Positions 26,867 to 36,687 of a DNA stretch of 52,229 bases are shown piece after piece; positions within the stretch are counted from its first letter, which is position 1, and every line of letters begins with the position of its first letter. The translations under genes and the position numbers were made by a program. The notes under the pieces were generated by a model. The model saw only the letters and a program-made list of their open reading frames with translations, did no database searches and had not been told where the DNA came from. This stretch comes from a virus (taxonomy: Duplodnaviria; Caudoviricetes), in the IMG/VR virus record IMGVR_UViG_3300038406_000260, positions 1 through 52,229 of that record, one strand, 5' to 3'.

Positions 26867-27841
26867 CGCTTTGTTACTCCTCGGCCCATGGCCGAAGGGG
26901 CTGGTCATTTCTGCCAGCCTCTCTATGTCTCCATAGAGGCCAGACTATATCTTTATCTCACTCAACCCTTGCCACTGCTCAACCAGGTCAGCCAGCGCCC
27001 GCAGGGTAGACGGGTTCTCGCCCGCCAGCCCCAACGTGGTGTTGCACTTGTTGCAAAGCAACGCCCGGACATCGCCGGAGCTATGGCAGTGATCGATGCA
27101 CCAACCCTTGCCGCCCGGGTTGTCCGTGCCACAGCCGGGGCAGCGGCCATCTTGTTGGGCCAAGAGTTGGTCGTAACGCTCCTGTGTCAATCCGTACTTC
27201 CGGAGCCGCCGCCGCTGTTCATGTGCCTGTCTGTGGATACGCGGGTCCACGCGACATCCGACACATACCGCCAAGCCAGGCTTACGAGCCACATCGGGTA
27301 GCGGCACCTGGCACTTGTAGCATCGGCGAACGGCTGCCCGAGCGCGAGCTCGAACATCCTCCTTGGTTGCCCGGCAACCACTGCACCACCGCGGCTTCGG
27401 CCCCATCCTCCGGACCTGGATGCGGGTCCCACAAGACTCACACTCAGTATCAGGCCGAGCTGGCCGGGACTTGTAGTGGCGGCGGGCCTTCTCCCGGTTG
27501 AGCTTCCTGCGCCACTGAACTTGGCAGTCCAGGGAACAGGTCTTGTCGACCTTGCGTCGAGGGGAGAACCGGGTTCTACAGATTGCGCACTCTCGGTCGG
27601 GCTGCACGCCCTCAAGAGTACAGGAGCATTAAAGGGTTGAGAGAGATATCCCGTACATAGTCGTTGAACCTTCCCGTCGGGTTGCCCCAGGCGGGCTCGG
27701 CTGCTGATTGTCCCTACCGTCCACTTCTCAAACCGTCGCGCTCGGGCTTTCGCCCCACGCTGTGGTGTGAACGTCTAGCAGGATGTTCCAGCAATTCTCG
27801 GGATTGTCACTAGCCCGTCACCGGGCTAGGCGGCCACCTTG
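26867..27841 (-). mobile_element. Group I intron (975 nt) in the major capsid gene
   Basis: P GAATTGCTGGAA, Q AATCAGCAG, R GTTCAACGACTA, S AAGATATAGTC; P1 U-G pair; terminal G; splicing restores the frame. Confidence 0.92.
26945..27607 (-). CDS. Intron-encoded endonuclease VII-family homing endonuclease with Zn fingers
   Basis: KYGLT..Y..LL..Q.G.CPGC...IDHCH..G.VRALLCNKCN..LG; lies in the P8 loop. Confidence 0.88.
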   Translation of the reverse strand: MQPDRECAICRTRFSPRRKVDKTCSLDCQVQWRRKLNREKARRHYKSRPARPDTECESCGTRIQVRRMGPKPRWCSGCRATKEDVRARARAAVRRCYKCQVPLPDVARKPGLAVCVGCRVDPRIHRQAHEQRRRLRKYGLTQERYDQLLAQQDGRCPGCGTDNPGGKGWCIDHCHSSGDVRALLCNKCNTTLGLAGENPSTLRALADLVEQWQGLSEIKI

Positions 27842-28485
27842 ACCGGAACGCCGAACCCGCCGGCGGTGTCCGACAGGGACATCGCCCGGTACTCGTCGTA
27901 GGTGTCCATCGCGCGCCGCTCGTCGTCGGTCAGCCGCGGGTGGACCTGGGTCACCATCTTCATCCAGGCGTTGCGGTACTCGTCGTTCTCGGTGACGATG
28001 ATCCGCCGGCTGATGTCCGGGTCCCGCCGGATCTGACGCTCGACGTGGCCCATTGCCGTCGAGGACAGCGTCGCCTTCACATCCCGGCCATCCAGGATCC
28101 GCAGCGCCCGGTCCCGGGCCTCCGCGTTGGTGAGCCGCCGGATCTCGGTGGTCTCCAGCCCGTCCCGGATGTTGGCCAGCGCCCGCTCGACCGCCTTCGG
28201 CTTACGACGGAAGATCTCCTGGATCTTCCGGTGCTCGTCGAGACGGTTGATGGCGATGTCCCGCAGCTTCAGGCCGTAGTCGAACGCGGCCTGCTCGTCG
28301 TCGGTCTTGTCCCGCAGCTCGCCCTCTTCGCTCTGGTGCAGCTCGCGCAGGTGCGCGTCCAACACCTCGACGTAGACCTGGAGCTCCTCGGGCGTCTTCC
28401 CGCGCAGCTCCTCGGGCACCTCACCACCCAGAGCGGCGGCGTCCTTCCCGCGGAGATCGTCGAGGATCACGATTGGTTGAGTCAT
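27842..28485 (-). CDS. Major capsid protein, exon 1 (delta domain to GGFGVPV)
   Basis: Coiled-coil delta domain, then RAMSLSDTAGGFGVP; spliced CDS 1476 nt = 491 aa. Confidence 0.9.
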
Positions 28486-29426
28486 TGCTTGATCCTTCGC
28501 ATTCGCAGCGCCCCGTCGTCGAGACGCTGCTTCGTGGACATGACGGTCGACACCTCGCCCCTCCTGAACTCCGTGTCGCAGTCACCGCCACCCGCGCTCC
28601 GCGCGCCGGGTCGCCCGGTGAGGTCTGGGGTTGGCGGGGCGGCGCGCTGCGCCAGCACCTCCGCCAACTCGGGGAACGTCTCGGCGATCTCCCGCGCCAG
28701 CGCTTGTCGCGCGTCCGCGTCGAAGACCGCCAGATGACGCCGGATGCAGCCCGGGTCAAGGCCGAACTGAGCGATCACGCCCCGCAGCGCAAGCTGGCTC
28801 GGGTCGAACCGGCCACGGCCGCGTACCCCGACGCTGGTCTGCGTGTAGGCCGGGAACACCACCGGCCCCAGCTCGTACAGGTCCACCTCGGTGATCTCGC
28901 GGCGGATCGGACCCCGGTCGCCCGGGTCGTCCAGCAGTGCCGACAGATCGTCGTCAGTGACAGCCTCGCCGGCGGAGTCCAGCCAGCGCTCGCCCGTCAC
29001 GCGGAACTTGAACGACATGCCGCGGATCGCCTTACCCGCGACCGCCTGCCGGATGGGCTCGACGACCTCGTTGTCGAACATCCGCGCCCGGACGAACAGG
29101 CCCTCGTCGTCCTCGCGCAGATCCTCGATGGCCGCGATGGGGACCGAGCCGGTGCGCTTGTCGTTCCCGTGATCGAACTGCATCACCGGCCAGCTGGCGC
29201 GCAACGTGCGCTTGAACGCGCCACGCGCGATCGTCTCCTCGAACTCACCCTCGTAGCCGGAGATCTTCGTCGGCTGGTCGAACACTGCGGCGTAGCCTTG
29301 CAGCGTCCGGCCGTCGCCAACCACGTCCGGGTCGGGGTCTGTGGCTCGGAACTCGACCGAGCGGCTACAGATCCTGAGTGCGGCCCTCGCGTTTCCACGC
29401 ACCAGGTCAGTCTGCGGTGCCTGCAT
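28482..29426 (-). CDS. HK97-type prohead protease
   Basis: GYAAVFD, FDHG, GMSFKF, LYELGPVVFPAY. Confidence 0.93.
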   Translation of the reverse strand: MQAPQTDLVRGNARAALRICSRSVEFRATDPDPDVVGDGRTLQGYAAVFDQPTKISGYEGEFEETIARGAFKRTLRASWPVMQFDHGNDKRTGSVPIAAIEDLREDDEGLFVRARMFDNEVVEPIRQAVAGKAIRGMSFKFRVTGERWLDSAGEAVTDDDLSALLDDPGDRGPIRREITEVDLYELGPVVFPAYTQTSVGVRGRGRFDPSQLALRGVIAQFGLDPGCIRRHLAVFDADARQALAREIAETFPELAEVLAQRAAPPTPDLTGRPGARSAGGGDCDTEFRRGEVSTVMSTKQRLDDGALRMRRIKQ

Positions 29427-30813
29427 CGGGACCTCCTGTGGGTGCGGTCGGCGTCTTGGGCGCAGCGGGCGTCCCCGGCGGTTGAAGTTGCACCGAGACG
29501 TTCCCGGTGTGCTGAAGCAGGGTGATGTCCTGGGCGTCGACCGCGTCGACCGCCGACTTGGCGGTGAAACCCTCCCGCACGTAGGCGGTGATGGTCGAGG
29601 ACTTGATCTGCTCGATGTCGGCCGCGTCCTTGCCGTCCTCGCGCAGCAGCGGGATGTCGGTGGTGTCGAACCACAGCTCGGCGTCGCCCGGCACGTCTAC
29701 GATCGGCGACAGCGAGGCGGCTACATCCTGAAGCGTCGGGTAGAGCCACATGTCGGCGAAGATCCGCCGGGCCATCCCGAAGTTGCCGGCGTTCAGGCTC
29801 GATCCGGCCAGGCCCTCGGAGATCCCCAGCAGCGCCGCCGGCACATCCCCGATCAACGCGATCCGGGTCTCCCCGGCGCCCTGGGTGACCTTGAAGTCCA
29901 ACTGCTTCAGGTCGGAGCCCACCACTGTCGCGTCGGCGCCGGCGGTCAGGTAGAGGGTGCGGTAGGCGTTGCGGATCCCGGCGTGCCGGGCCTCCATCGC
30001 GTCGACGATCTCGTTGAACTGGTCTTCAGTGACCGCCGGTATCCCCTTGACCACCATGTTCGGCGTTGCGCCGTTGGTGAAAAACGCCAATTTGTGCTGC
30101 GTGGCGGCGCGGTCGCCCTGGATCTCCTTCAGCGCCGCGGTCACCCACGACATGCCCAGCCCGGGAGACTCCGGGTCCGGGATCGGCGACCAGTGCGCCA
30201 CCTCGTCCGGCAGCAGCGTGTGCGCCTGGTTGCCGTTATCCGGCCGGATCCCGCCGTTCTGGTAGACGTAGCCGATGATCTCGCCGTCGATCGCGTGCTT
30301 CGGGTCCTCCGGCTCCAGGTCCGAGCCGTACAAGATGGCGGTGAAGTCCGGCCGCAGCACCCGAAGCCGCTTCGGCTGCCGGGCCACATACGAGTTACCG
30401 GTCAGACCGGCGTGCCACTCCATCCGCGACAGCAGCTCGCCCGTGGTCGCCCGCGGCCACGGCCGCTCCAGCTGCTTCAGCGCCGAGGTGCCGAAGGTCC
30501 GCCGCGGGGTACGCGGATGCCACGGCACGTTCCGGAACCGGAACCGGGCCTGGGAGAGCACCCGGGCACGCTTCATCTGCGCGCCGAACGCCGGCGGGCA
30601 CTGCTTCAGCGCCGCCGAGTAGGCCGGCAGCGTATCGGCGATGTCCTTGAGCCGCGAGCCCTGGTAGGTCTGCTGCAACCCGAACGGGTACGTTGCGCCG
30701 TTGTAGCCGAACTGGGACGGCAACAGATACTCGTTCAGCCACTGGTCGGCCGCGTACCGCTTCTCCGCCCGCCCCGGCGCCCGCTCCGCGGCGATCCGCT
30801 CAAGCAGGCCCAC
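29407..30813 (-). CDS. Portal protein (HK97 type)
   Basis: GNSY, GMSWV, FFTNGATP, VPAALLG; position after terminase. Confidence 0.9.
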   Translation of the reverse strand: MGLLERIAAERAPGRAEKRYAADQWLNEYLLPSQFGYNGATYPFGLQQTYQGSRLKDIADTLPAYSAALKQCPPAFGAQMKRARVLSQARFRFRNVPWHPRTPRRTFGTSALKQLERPWPRATTGELLSRMEWHAGLTGNSYVARQPKRLRVLRPDFTAILYGSDLEPEDPKHAIDGEIIGYVYQNGGIRPDNGNQAHTLLPDEVAHWSPIPDPESPGLGMSWVTAALKEIQGDRAATQHKLAFFTNGATPNMVVKGIPAVTEDQFNEIVDAMEARHAGIRNAYRTLYLTAGADATVVGSDLKQLDFKVTQGAGETRIALIGDVPAALLGISEGLAGSSLNAGNFGMARRIFADMWLYPTLQDVAASLSPIVDVPGDAELWFDTTDIPLLREDGKDAADIEQIKSSTITAYVREGFTAKSAVDAVDAQDITLLQHTGNVSVQLQPPGTPAAPKTPTAPTGGPDAGTAD

Positions 30814-31018
30814 GCACGGCACCTGCCGGCTTGCGGGCATCCTGCCAGCCCAGCTTCACGGACGTGCCGACCACCGCCAGCGCCAACCCGGCCCGGCTCG
30901 CCAGCCAACCCACCGCGTAGAACACGCCGAGCAGCAGCGCCAGCAGCGCCCGGCCGACGTGGACCTGCCGCGCCTGAGCCATGATGCGATCGGTCGGAAC
31001 CCGCTCAAGGACCGTCAT
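30800..31018 (-). CDS. Small membrane protein between terminase and portal
   Basis: Hydrophobic; common at this position. Confidence 0.6.
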   Translation of the reverse strand: MTVLERVPTDRIMAQARQVHVGRALLALLLGVFYAVGWLASRAGLALAVVGTSVKLGWQDARKPAGAVRGPA

Positions 31019-31027
31019 CTGATCTCC

Positions 31028-32671
31028 CTATCGCCAGGCCCCGAAGAACTGCTGCTCCAGCTCGGGCACCTCATGCAGCACCCACACGCCCATGCACATC
31101 GCCACCGCAAAGTCGATGTGACCCCGGCTACGGCCCTTGCGCAGCGTGAACCCGCCCCGTTCCTGCGGTACCGCCACCGCCGCCTTCACGTGCGTGGTCT
31201 GGTCCGGGTCACCGTCGTGCACGATCCGCTGCTCCAGAATCAGCTTGAAGGCCAACCCGCACGCGGGAACCATCCGCGTCGGCGACTGGTCGAACTCGAT
31301 CGCCCGGATGTCGTGCGCCTCCAGCATCCGCGCCGGCACCTCGAAATACCGCGGGTCGTAGACCACCCCGCGGAAGCCCAGCCCCTTGGCCTGCTCCCGG
31401 ATGTAGACCCAGACGTCGTCATGCGGAATCCGGCCGCCGTGGTCCTCGGCCCGCCAGATCCGCGAACTGACGGCGATCCGGCCGTCCGGCAGCTCCTCGC
31501 ACCGGTCCACCGCCACCGAATCGTGCTTCAGCGCCATGTCCACGGCCAGCAGCCACGGGTTGGCGTCATCCGAGACCCACTCGCCGCGGCAGTGGCCCCA
31601 CGCCTGCGGGTGGTCCTTCAACCAGGAGTCCTCGGCAACATCCACCCACCGGTTGGCGAAGTAGCGGATCCACTCATGCGGCGGGTAGTCCGGCTTTCCC
31701 CAGGCACTGACCCGGTCCGCCACCGACCACAGCACGTCCGCTGCGGCCGACGCGGCCCGCACCGCCAGCTCCCGGTGGTCGGCCCGGCGGTAGTCCAGCC
31801 CATCCGGCGCCTCACGCCAGTCGAACAGGAACCGCGGCGACACGGACGGGTCACGCAGCACCCGCCGCCCCAGCTTCACCAGGTCACCCAGCAACGACGC
31901 GTCGATGTCGAACCCCGATGTCGACAGGCTGATCACCCGGCCTGAGCCGCGTGGCGTGCGCCGCTTCTTGGTCGACTTGCCGATGACCGTCTTGACCCGC
32001 GCCTTACGCGCGCCGGTCTGACCCTCCCGCACCGGCTCGCCCCACTCGTGCAGCTCATCGCACACGAACAGGGTCGGCAACCCACCCTCGTTCGTGCCGG
32101 CCACCGCCGCCACCCGGAAGATCCGACCCGGCCGCTTGTCGGCGAACCGGATCTCGGTGTCATAGACCTCGAAGAAGCCGCACAGCGGCGAGGCCTTCTC
32201 CACCTCGTCCCGGCCGCCGCACATCGTGGCCACCGCCGAGAACAGCAGGTCGGCCTGCTCGAAGCTGGCCGCCGCGATCGGGATGTTCGGCGACGGCACC
32301 GCGATCTGCGGCGGCCCGGCGAACTCCAGCACCACGATGGCGGCGATGAACTGGGTCTTACCGTCACCGGTGGCCGCGCCGCGTAGCGCCTCGTCGTGGT
32401 GCCACTGCTGACATTCCGGGCAGTACTCGTACCAGCGGTACAGAAACCGCTTCTGGTCCGGGCGCAGCCGGATCAGCTGGCCGTGCCAGTCGCCCTCGCC
32501 ACAGATGCAGCACTCTTCGATCCACCGGACCGCGACGGCGCCCTCGGTCGGCCACAGCTGGCCGGGCTCCGGCCGCCAACCGCACGCCTGGCAGCCGGGG
32601 TCAGGCTTGGATGATCCGGGGGTCCTCGTGGGCCTCGGCCTGGGCGGTGCCGTCGTCGGTGACATTCGCAC
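31028..32671 (-). CDS. terL: Terminase large subunit
   Basis: ATGDGKT Walker A variant, VCDELHE Walker B, AVDMALKHD, YDP, HID. Confidence 0.93.
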   Translation of the reverse strand: MRMSPTTAPPRPRPTRTPGSSKPDPGCQACGWRPEPGQLWPTEGAVAVRWIEECCICGEGDWHGQLIRLRPDQKRFLYRWYEYCPECQQWHHDEALRGAATGDGKTQFIAAIVVLEFAGPPQIAVPSPNIPIAAASFEQADLLFSAVATMCGGRDEVEKASPLCGFFEVYDTEIRFADKRPGRIFRVAAVAGTNEGGLPTLFVCDELHEWGEPVREGQTGARKARVKTVIGKSTKKRRTPRGSGRVISLSTSGFDIDASLLGDLVKLGRRVLRDPSVSPRFLFDWREAPDGLDYRRADHRELAVRAASAAADVLWSVADRVSAWGKPDYPPHEWIRYFANRWVDVAEDSWLKDHPQAWGHCRGEWVSDDANPWLLAVDMALKHDSVAVDRCEELPDGRIAVSSRIWRAEDHGGRIPHDDVWVYIREQAKGLGFRGVVYDPRYFEVPARMLEAHDIRAIEFDQSPTRMVPACGLAFKLILEQRIVHDGDPDQTTHVKAAVAVPQERGGFTLRKGRSRGHIDFAVAMCMGVWVLHEVPELEQQFFGAWR

Positions 32672-33110
32672 CCCCGTACCGGGTATTCATGTCGGCCAGC
32701 GACCTCTGCTGGGTGAGTACCGCGATACCGAGGTTCGAGCGCCACAGCGGGCCGATACCGAGCTGCCGCTCGCACCGCTCGGCCGCGTCCAACGCCCGGT
32801 AGGCGACCCTGTAGAGCGGGTTCTCGACCTGCTGACCTTTCGAGCCGGTCACGATCGGATGGCCGTCCGCCTCATCGACCGTGCGCAGATAGCGGTCATA
32901 CTCGCGGATCCACCGGTTCAGGAGCCCCCGGTCCACCCCGGTCTGTACGCCGGACACCGGATCGTCCCAATACGCGGACCACAGCACAAGCGCCTCGCTT
33001 GTCAGCCCGTCCGGCGGAGCCAGCCGACCGCCGGCCACCACCCGTAAATCGTTGCGCCGGCCATTGCGTCTATCGACGGTAGTCCCTGCCGGCCGCTTCG
33101 TTCGCGGCAT
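32601..33110 (-). CDS. terS: Terminase small subunit (P27 type)
   Basis: GSKGQ..ENP...QLGIGP..R. Confidence 0.85.
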   Translation of the reverse strand: MPRTKRPAGTTVDRRNGRRNDLRVVAGGRLAPPDGLTSEALVLWSAYWDDPVSGVQTGVDRGLLNRWIREYDRYLRTVDEADGHPIVTGSKGQQVENPLYRVAYRALDAAERCERQLGIGPLWRSNLGIAVLTQQRSLADMNTRYGGANVTDDGTAQAEAHEDPRIIQA

Positions 33111-33194
33111 GCCATCTCCCGTGGTCGATGGAAAAACGCTCTGACCTGCGACGACACCGCAGTGGTACCACGGACAGACGAAGGGATGCGAGTC

Positions 33195-33599
33195 CTACCT
33201 AGTGATGCCCGTCGATGCGTGTCGGCCCCACCCCCCGGGGGGTGCCCACCCTGACCTGTCCTTCTTGCGTGCGTTGCATGGTCGACATAGGACAGCGAGT
33301 GGGCCTGCCTCCGCGCCTCCGGCTGCGACAGCGACGATGTGATCGGCGGTGAGGTCCGTGGCGGGGTGGGGTGACCTTCCCCAGCCGGGGCACCAGTTAC
33401 CGACCCGCCCCCGGTGTTGAGCGACCGCCTCAGCGCGGCGTCGAGTCTCGGCGCTGGTGATCACCGGCTTGGCGACAGCGCAGCGCGGGCAGCGGCCGGA
33501 CTGCCGCAGCCGCCTACCCCGGCGCTTGGCCACCCCCTTGTCGACGAGGCCCCCGCAGTCGAGACACGGCACCATGGGCATTTGTCGCCTATCCGACAC
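33195..33599 (-). CDS. Packaging-associated HNH endonuclease
   Basis: TADHIVAVAAGG....LAVLCRPCNARK; next to terS. Confidence 0.85.
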   Translation of the reverse strand: MSDRRQMPMVPCLDCGGLVDKGVAKRRGRRLRQSGRCPRCAVAKPVITSAETRRRAEAVAQHRGRVGNWCPGWGRSPHPATDLTADHIVAVAAGGAEAGPLAVLCRPCNARKKDRSGWAPPGGWGRHASTGITR

Positions 33600-33640
33600 T
33601 CAGGAGGCGGGGGTGAGTGTGGCCCCCGATACTTGCGAGC

Positions 33641-34093
33641 ATGAGACCCCCAACTCGCATCACCTGGTGGGACCGACTGCTGATCGGCGCTGGGCTGCTC
33701 ACGCCACCACCACTGACGACCCCGGAGGACTGGCAGCGGTACGCGGTGGCTGCTGCCCGGCGGCGGCAGGTTCCGATCGTGCTGGGCATCCTGGCGCCGG
33801 TGCTGGTGCTGGGCAGTGTCCTGTGGGCGGCCCAGCCGACGGTCGACCCGGCCGAGCCATGCGCTCGGCTGGTGGCGCAGGCGGCCGAGGTCGGTCAGAT
33901 GAGGGACACCGTCGAGGACCTGGACGGGGCGATCGTCGCCTGCCCAGACCTGACCAGGTTCGCGGCCGCGACCAGCCAGCACCCGGAGCTGCTGGGGGAC
34001 GTGCCGGCGCGGACATGGGTGACCAACCGGTGCCAGTACGGACCGGCGGCGGTGAAGAGCTCGACTATCTGCTCGAACCTGACGGGTCGGTAG
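33641..34093 (+). CDS. Opposite-strand membrane/exported protein
   Basis: Transmembrane segment plus Cys-containing exported part. Confidence 0.55.
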   Translation: MRPPTRITWWDRLLIGAGLLTPPPLTTPEDWQRYAVAAARRRQVPIVLGILAPVLVLGSVLWAAQPTVDPAEPCARLVAQAAEVGQMRDTVEDLDGAIVACPDLTRFAAATSQHPELLGDVPARTWVTNRCQYGPAAVKSSTICSNLTGR

Positions 34094-34313
34094 CCTCCAG
34101 TTGGGCCTTCTTCGCCATCCCGAGCCGGGTGATGGCCACGGCCGCGTACCCGAGGATCGTGTCCGCGTCGTACCGCTGGTGGAGGAGCCGGGCGAGGCTG
34201 AGCGCCACCGTGTGGGGCGGCTGGCCGAGCAGGTCCGCGGCGGCGGCACCTACCAGGATGGTGAGCTGCCGGTCGGCCCGCTCCCATTTGCCGGCGAGGT
34301 CCTGGTCGCTCAT
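34065..34313 (-). CDS. Hypothetical protein (MSDQDLAGK)
   Basis: GGAG RBS; ATGA coupling. Confidence 0.55.
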   Translation of the reverse strand: MSDQDLAGKWERADRQLTILVGAAAADLLGQPPHTVALSLARLLHQRYDADTILGYAAVAITRLGMAKKAQLEATDPSGSSR

Positions 34314-34549
34314 GGCGACTCCGCCGTACCGTCGATCAGGTCGCATAGTTGGCAAACCTTGGCCGCCAGGATCTCGACTGGGTCAACGGGCTGGCTGCCG
34401 TCGGGTGGCGGGTTCTTGACCGTAGCGTCAATGATCTCGATCATGTCCCACAGGCGGCGGGCTATCGCCTCGTCCCTGCTTATGGCTTGTTGGTGGTGGA
34501 CTCGCAGAGCGGCGAGTTCCTGCTTGTCGGCGAGGTCCTGGTCGCTCAC
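34310..34549 (-). CDS. Hypothetical protein (MSDQDLADK)
   Basis: GAGG RBS; GTG start. Confidence 0.55.
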   Translation of the reverse strand: MSDQDLADKQELAALRVHHQQAISRDEAIARRLWDMIEIIDATVKNPPPDGSQPVDPVEILAAKVCQLCDLIDGTAESP

Positions 34550-34776
34550 CGGGCACGCCTCGTCCGCATGCACTGTTGCGTTGCACGATAACAGATCATG
34601 CCGCTGGCCTGCTCACATAGGCGGCGAGCGGGGAGGCGACGGTGAAGTGGATCTCCAGAAGCGGCCCCGGCAGGAAGGTGAGGTAGTCGCGCGTGGGCGG
34701 CCCTTCTACGGGCTCCCGCTTCACAGTCCATGTGCCGACCTCCTGATCCAGGTCAACGTTGTGCTGGTCGAGCAGT

Positions 34777-35391
34777 TCACGCAGGGTCATCGCGGGCCTC
34801 CAGCTCTGGTCGTGTGCCGATTTCCTCTCGCTGGGCAACGCGTCGCCCGAGCGGGCTAACGCCGATAATGCGAGTCCAAGCGGAACGCATGCCGCCGCCT
34901 TCGACCCCGATCGAACTGTCTGCGACGACGCCAACGCCGAACAGGGTCTCGCTACGGCCGTCGACCCGGACCGAAACCCGGTCACCAAGGTCGGGCAGGC
35001 GCTGATCAACCTCGACCTCCACCGACCAGTGCGTCAGGCCGGGGATGAACTCGGGCTTGCCCGGTCGGCTGACCGTGGCGGGCTCCATTTTCTCGCCACA
35101 AATCGTGCACATGTAGACGGTGACGTCGTAGCCCTCGCAGCCGTCGGTATCACCGATACCCATGAAGTGCTCGCCGGTGCAGTCGTGATGCTCGTCCTTG
35201 GCGGTCAGTGTCGGCAGTTGTCCGTCGTGGGTCCAGGCATGATAGTGGCCCTGCTGGTCGACGTGCTCCCAGCGCGGATCCGGGGCGGTCTTAACGGCCA
35301 CGGTCACATCTATCTGCTCGACCTCCACGCTGAGCGTGCCCGACACCGGGGCGGCGTTGATCGACACCGCAGCCCCCGTTACGACGGTCAT
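34777..35391 (-). CDS. Hypothetical Cys-containing protein
   Basis: AGAGGA RBS; coupled start. Confidence 0.6.
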   Translation of the reverse strand: MTVVTGAAVSINAAPVSGTLSVEVEQIDVTVAVKTAPDPRWEHVDQQGHYHAWTHDGQLPTLTAKDEHHDCTGEHFMGIGDTDGCEGYDVTVYMCTICGEKMEPATVSRPGKPEFIPGLTHWSVEVEVDQRLPDLGDRVSVRVDGRSETLFGVGVVADSSIGVEGGGMRSAWTRIIGVSPLGRRVAQREEIGTRPELEARDDPA

Positions 35392-36236
35392 GTGCTGATC
35401 CTCTCTCGCATGGCAACCCGCAGCTTGTATACCTCGCCGAACCGGATCCGGCCGGCCACGGTCAGCCGGCGCCGGCTGGCCCACGAGCGGACCGTGCCGG
35501 CCGGGGTCGGCCAGCCGTGGAGGCTGAGCAGGTGGGCGCACTCCTCCGCGGTCAGCCGGATGTCCATCGCGGCGGCCAGGATGGTCGCTGAGCGGCCGGT
35601 GGCGCTGTGGGCTGCCTGGCAGGCGGGGCAGTGGACGTAGGCCGCCCTGGGTGACGCTGACAGCCGCTGCCGGCACGGTCCGGCCGCGGTGGGGGCCAGG
35701 CACGGGCCGGCATCCAGCCGCCGCGGTGGTGGCCGGTCCACCGCCGGCTCGATCCGGCCACACGCGTAGACCAGCTCATCCCACGCCTCGCCGGCGAACG
35801 GCTGGTAGCGCAGCCACTTGAGCTGACCGGCCAGCCACCGCATCAGGTCCGGGGTGTCCTCGGGCAGGCTGCCGGGACCGGCCCGGATGCCGTGACGCTC
35901 CTCCAGCACCACCCGGCACCAGGTGACGACCGTGTTGCGCACCGCCTCCGCCACCTCGGCCGCCAGCCAGCTGAACGGCAGCCCGGTTACGGTGCCGATG
36001 TCCTGGTCGGCGTAGTGGCGCATCCGTCCGGAGTCGGGGCGAATCGGCTGCGCCGGCGCCCGACCGCGGGCGCGCGGTCCCGGCTCGGACATCCGCGCCA
36101 GCCGGGCAACGGTCACCTGCAGCTCCGGCCACAGCTCGGCCGCATCCTTGAGCTGGGCGGCCAGGTCACGCTCACACGCCGCATCCACCCAGCCGGTGTC
36201 GGGCTGGGGACGGCCGCAGACGGCACAGTCGGCCAT
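35388..36236 (-). CDS. Zn-ribbon plus C-terminal HTH protein (late regulator-like)
   Basis: CAVC, GPC...C...CPAC, TVRSWASR. Confidence 0.65.
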   Translation of the reverse strand: MADCAVCGRPQPDTGWVDAACERDLAAQLKDAAELWPELQVTVARLARMSEPGPRARGRAPAQPIRPDSGRMRHYADQDIGTVTGLPFSWLAAEVAEAVRNTVVTWCRVVLEERHGIRAGPGSLPEDTPDLMRWLAGQLKWLRYQPFAGEAWDELVYACGRIEPAVDRPPPRRLDAGPCLAPTAAGPCRQRLSASPRAAYVHCPACQAAHSATGRSATILAAAMDIRLTAEECAHLLSLHGWPTPAGTVRSWASRRRLTVAGRIRFGEVYKLRVAMRERIST

Positions 36237-36439
36237 CAGTCGTCCAGGCCGAGCCGGCGGGCCTCGGCGAGCCGGTCGAGCGTCCGGTACATCGGCTGGA
36301 GTCCGCCCAGCAGCCACAGCACGGCCCGCTCCTTGACATGGTACCGGTCCCATAGCGCGTCGATCTCGGCTGGTGGGGCTTGTCGGCTGTAGGCCGCCTC
36401 GATCTGGTCCAGGATCCGCTGGAGCGCATCAATCGGCAT
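36236..36439 (-). CDS. Hypothetical protein
   Basis: Coupled ORF in early operon. Confidence 0.5.
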   Translation of the reverse strand: MPIDALQRILDQIEAAYSRQAPPAEIDALWDRYHVKERAVLWLLGGLQPMYRTLDRLAEARRLGLDD

Positions 36440-36687
36440 AGTCGTCTCCCTCCGCGGCTCGCATCACGAGCCGCATTTCGGTGGGGTGGACCACACCGAC
36501 GCCGTCCACCTCGTAGCCGTGGACCTGGCGCAGCGGAACCCAGCTCTCGGCGGCCAGTGCTTCCATGATCCGCCCGGCGGTGGCCCACAGCCGGCGGGTG
36601 GTGGCGGAGGTGTCCGGGTCGGGCAGCGGGTCGTTCGGTATGCGCGGCCGGTACAGGATCTCGTAGACCAGGTGCTGGGCGTCACGG

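Noticed and set aside
26035-26889. Stand-alone 284-aa capsid gene, with 27826..28485 as a scaffold gene
   Set aside because: The ATG at 26889 lies within the intron 3' end; splicing joins the two frames exactly
8291-30984. Long + strand ORFs (e.g. 11630..14113, 24233..25945, 29341..30984)
   Set aside because: Antisense shadows of high-GC minus-strand genes with no motifs
33154-33166. Fourth copy of the CACCGC operator near terS
   Set aside because: ACACCGCAGTGGT has altered spacing and is likely chance at this GC content
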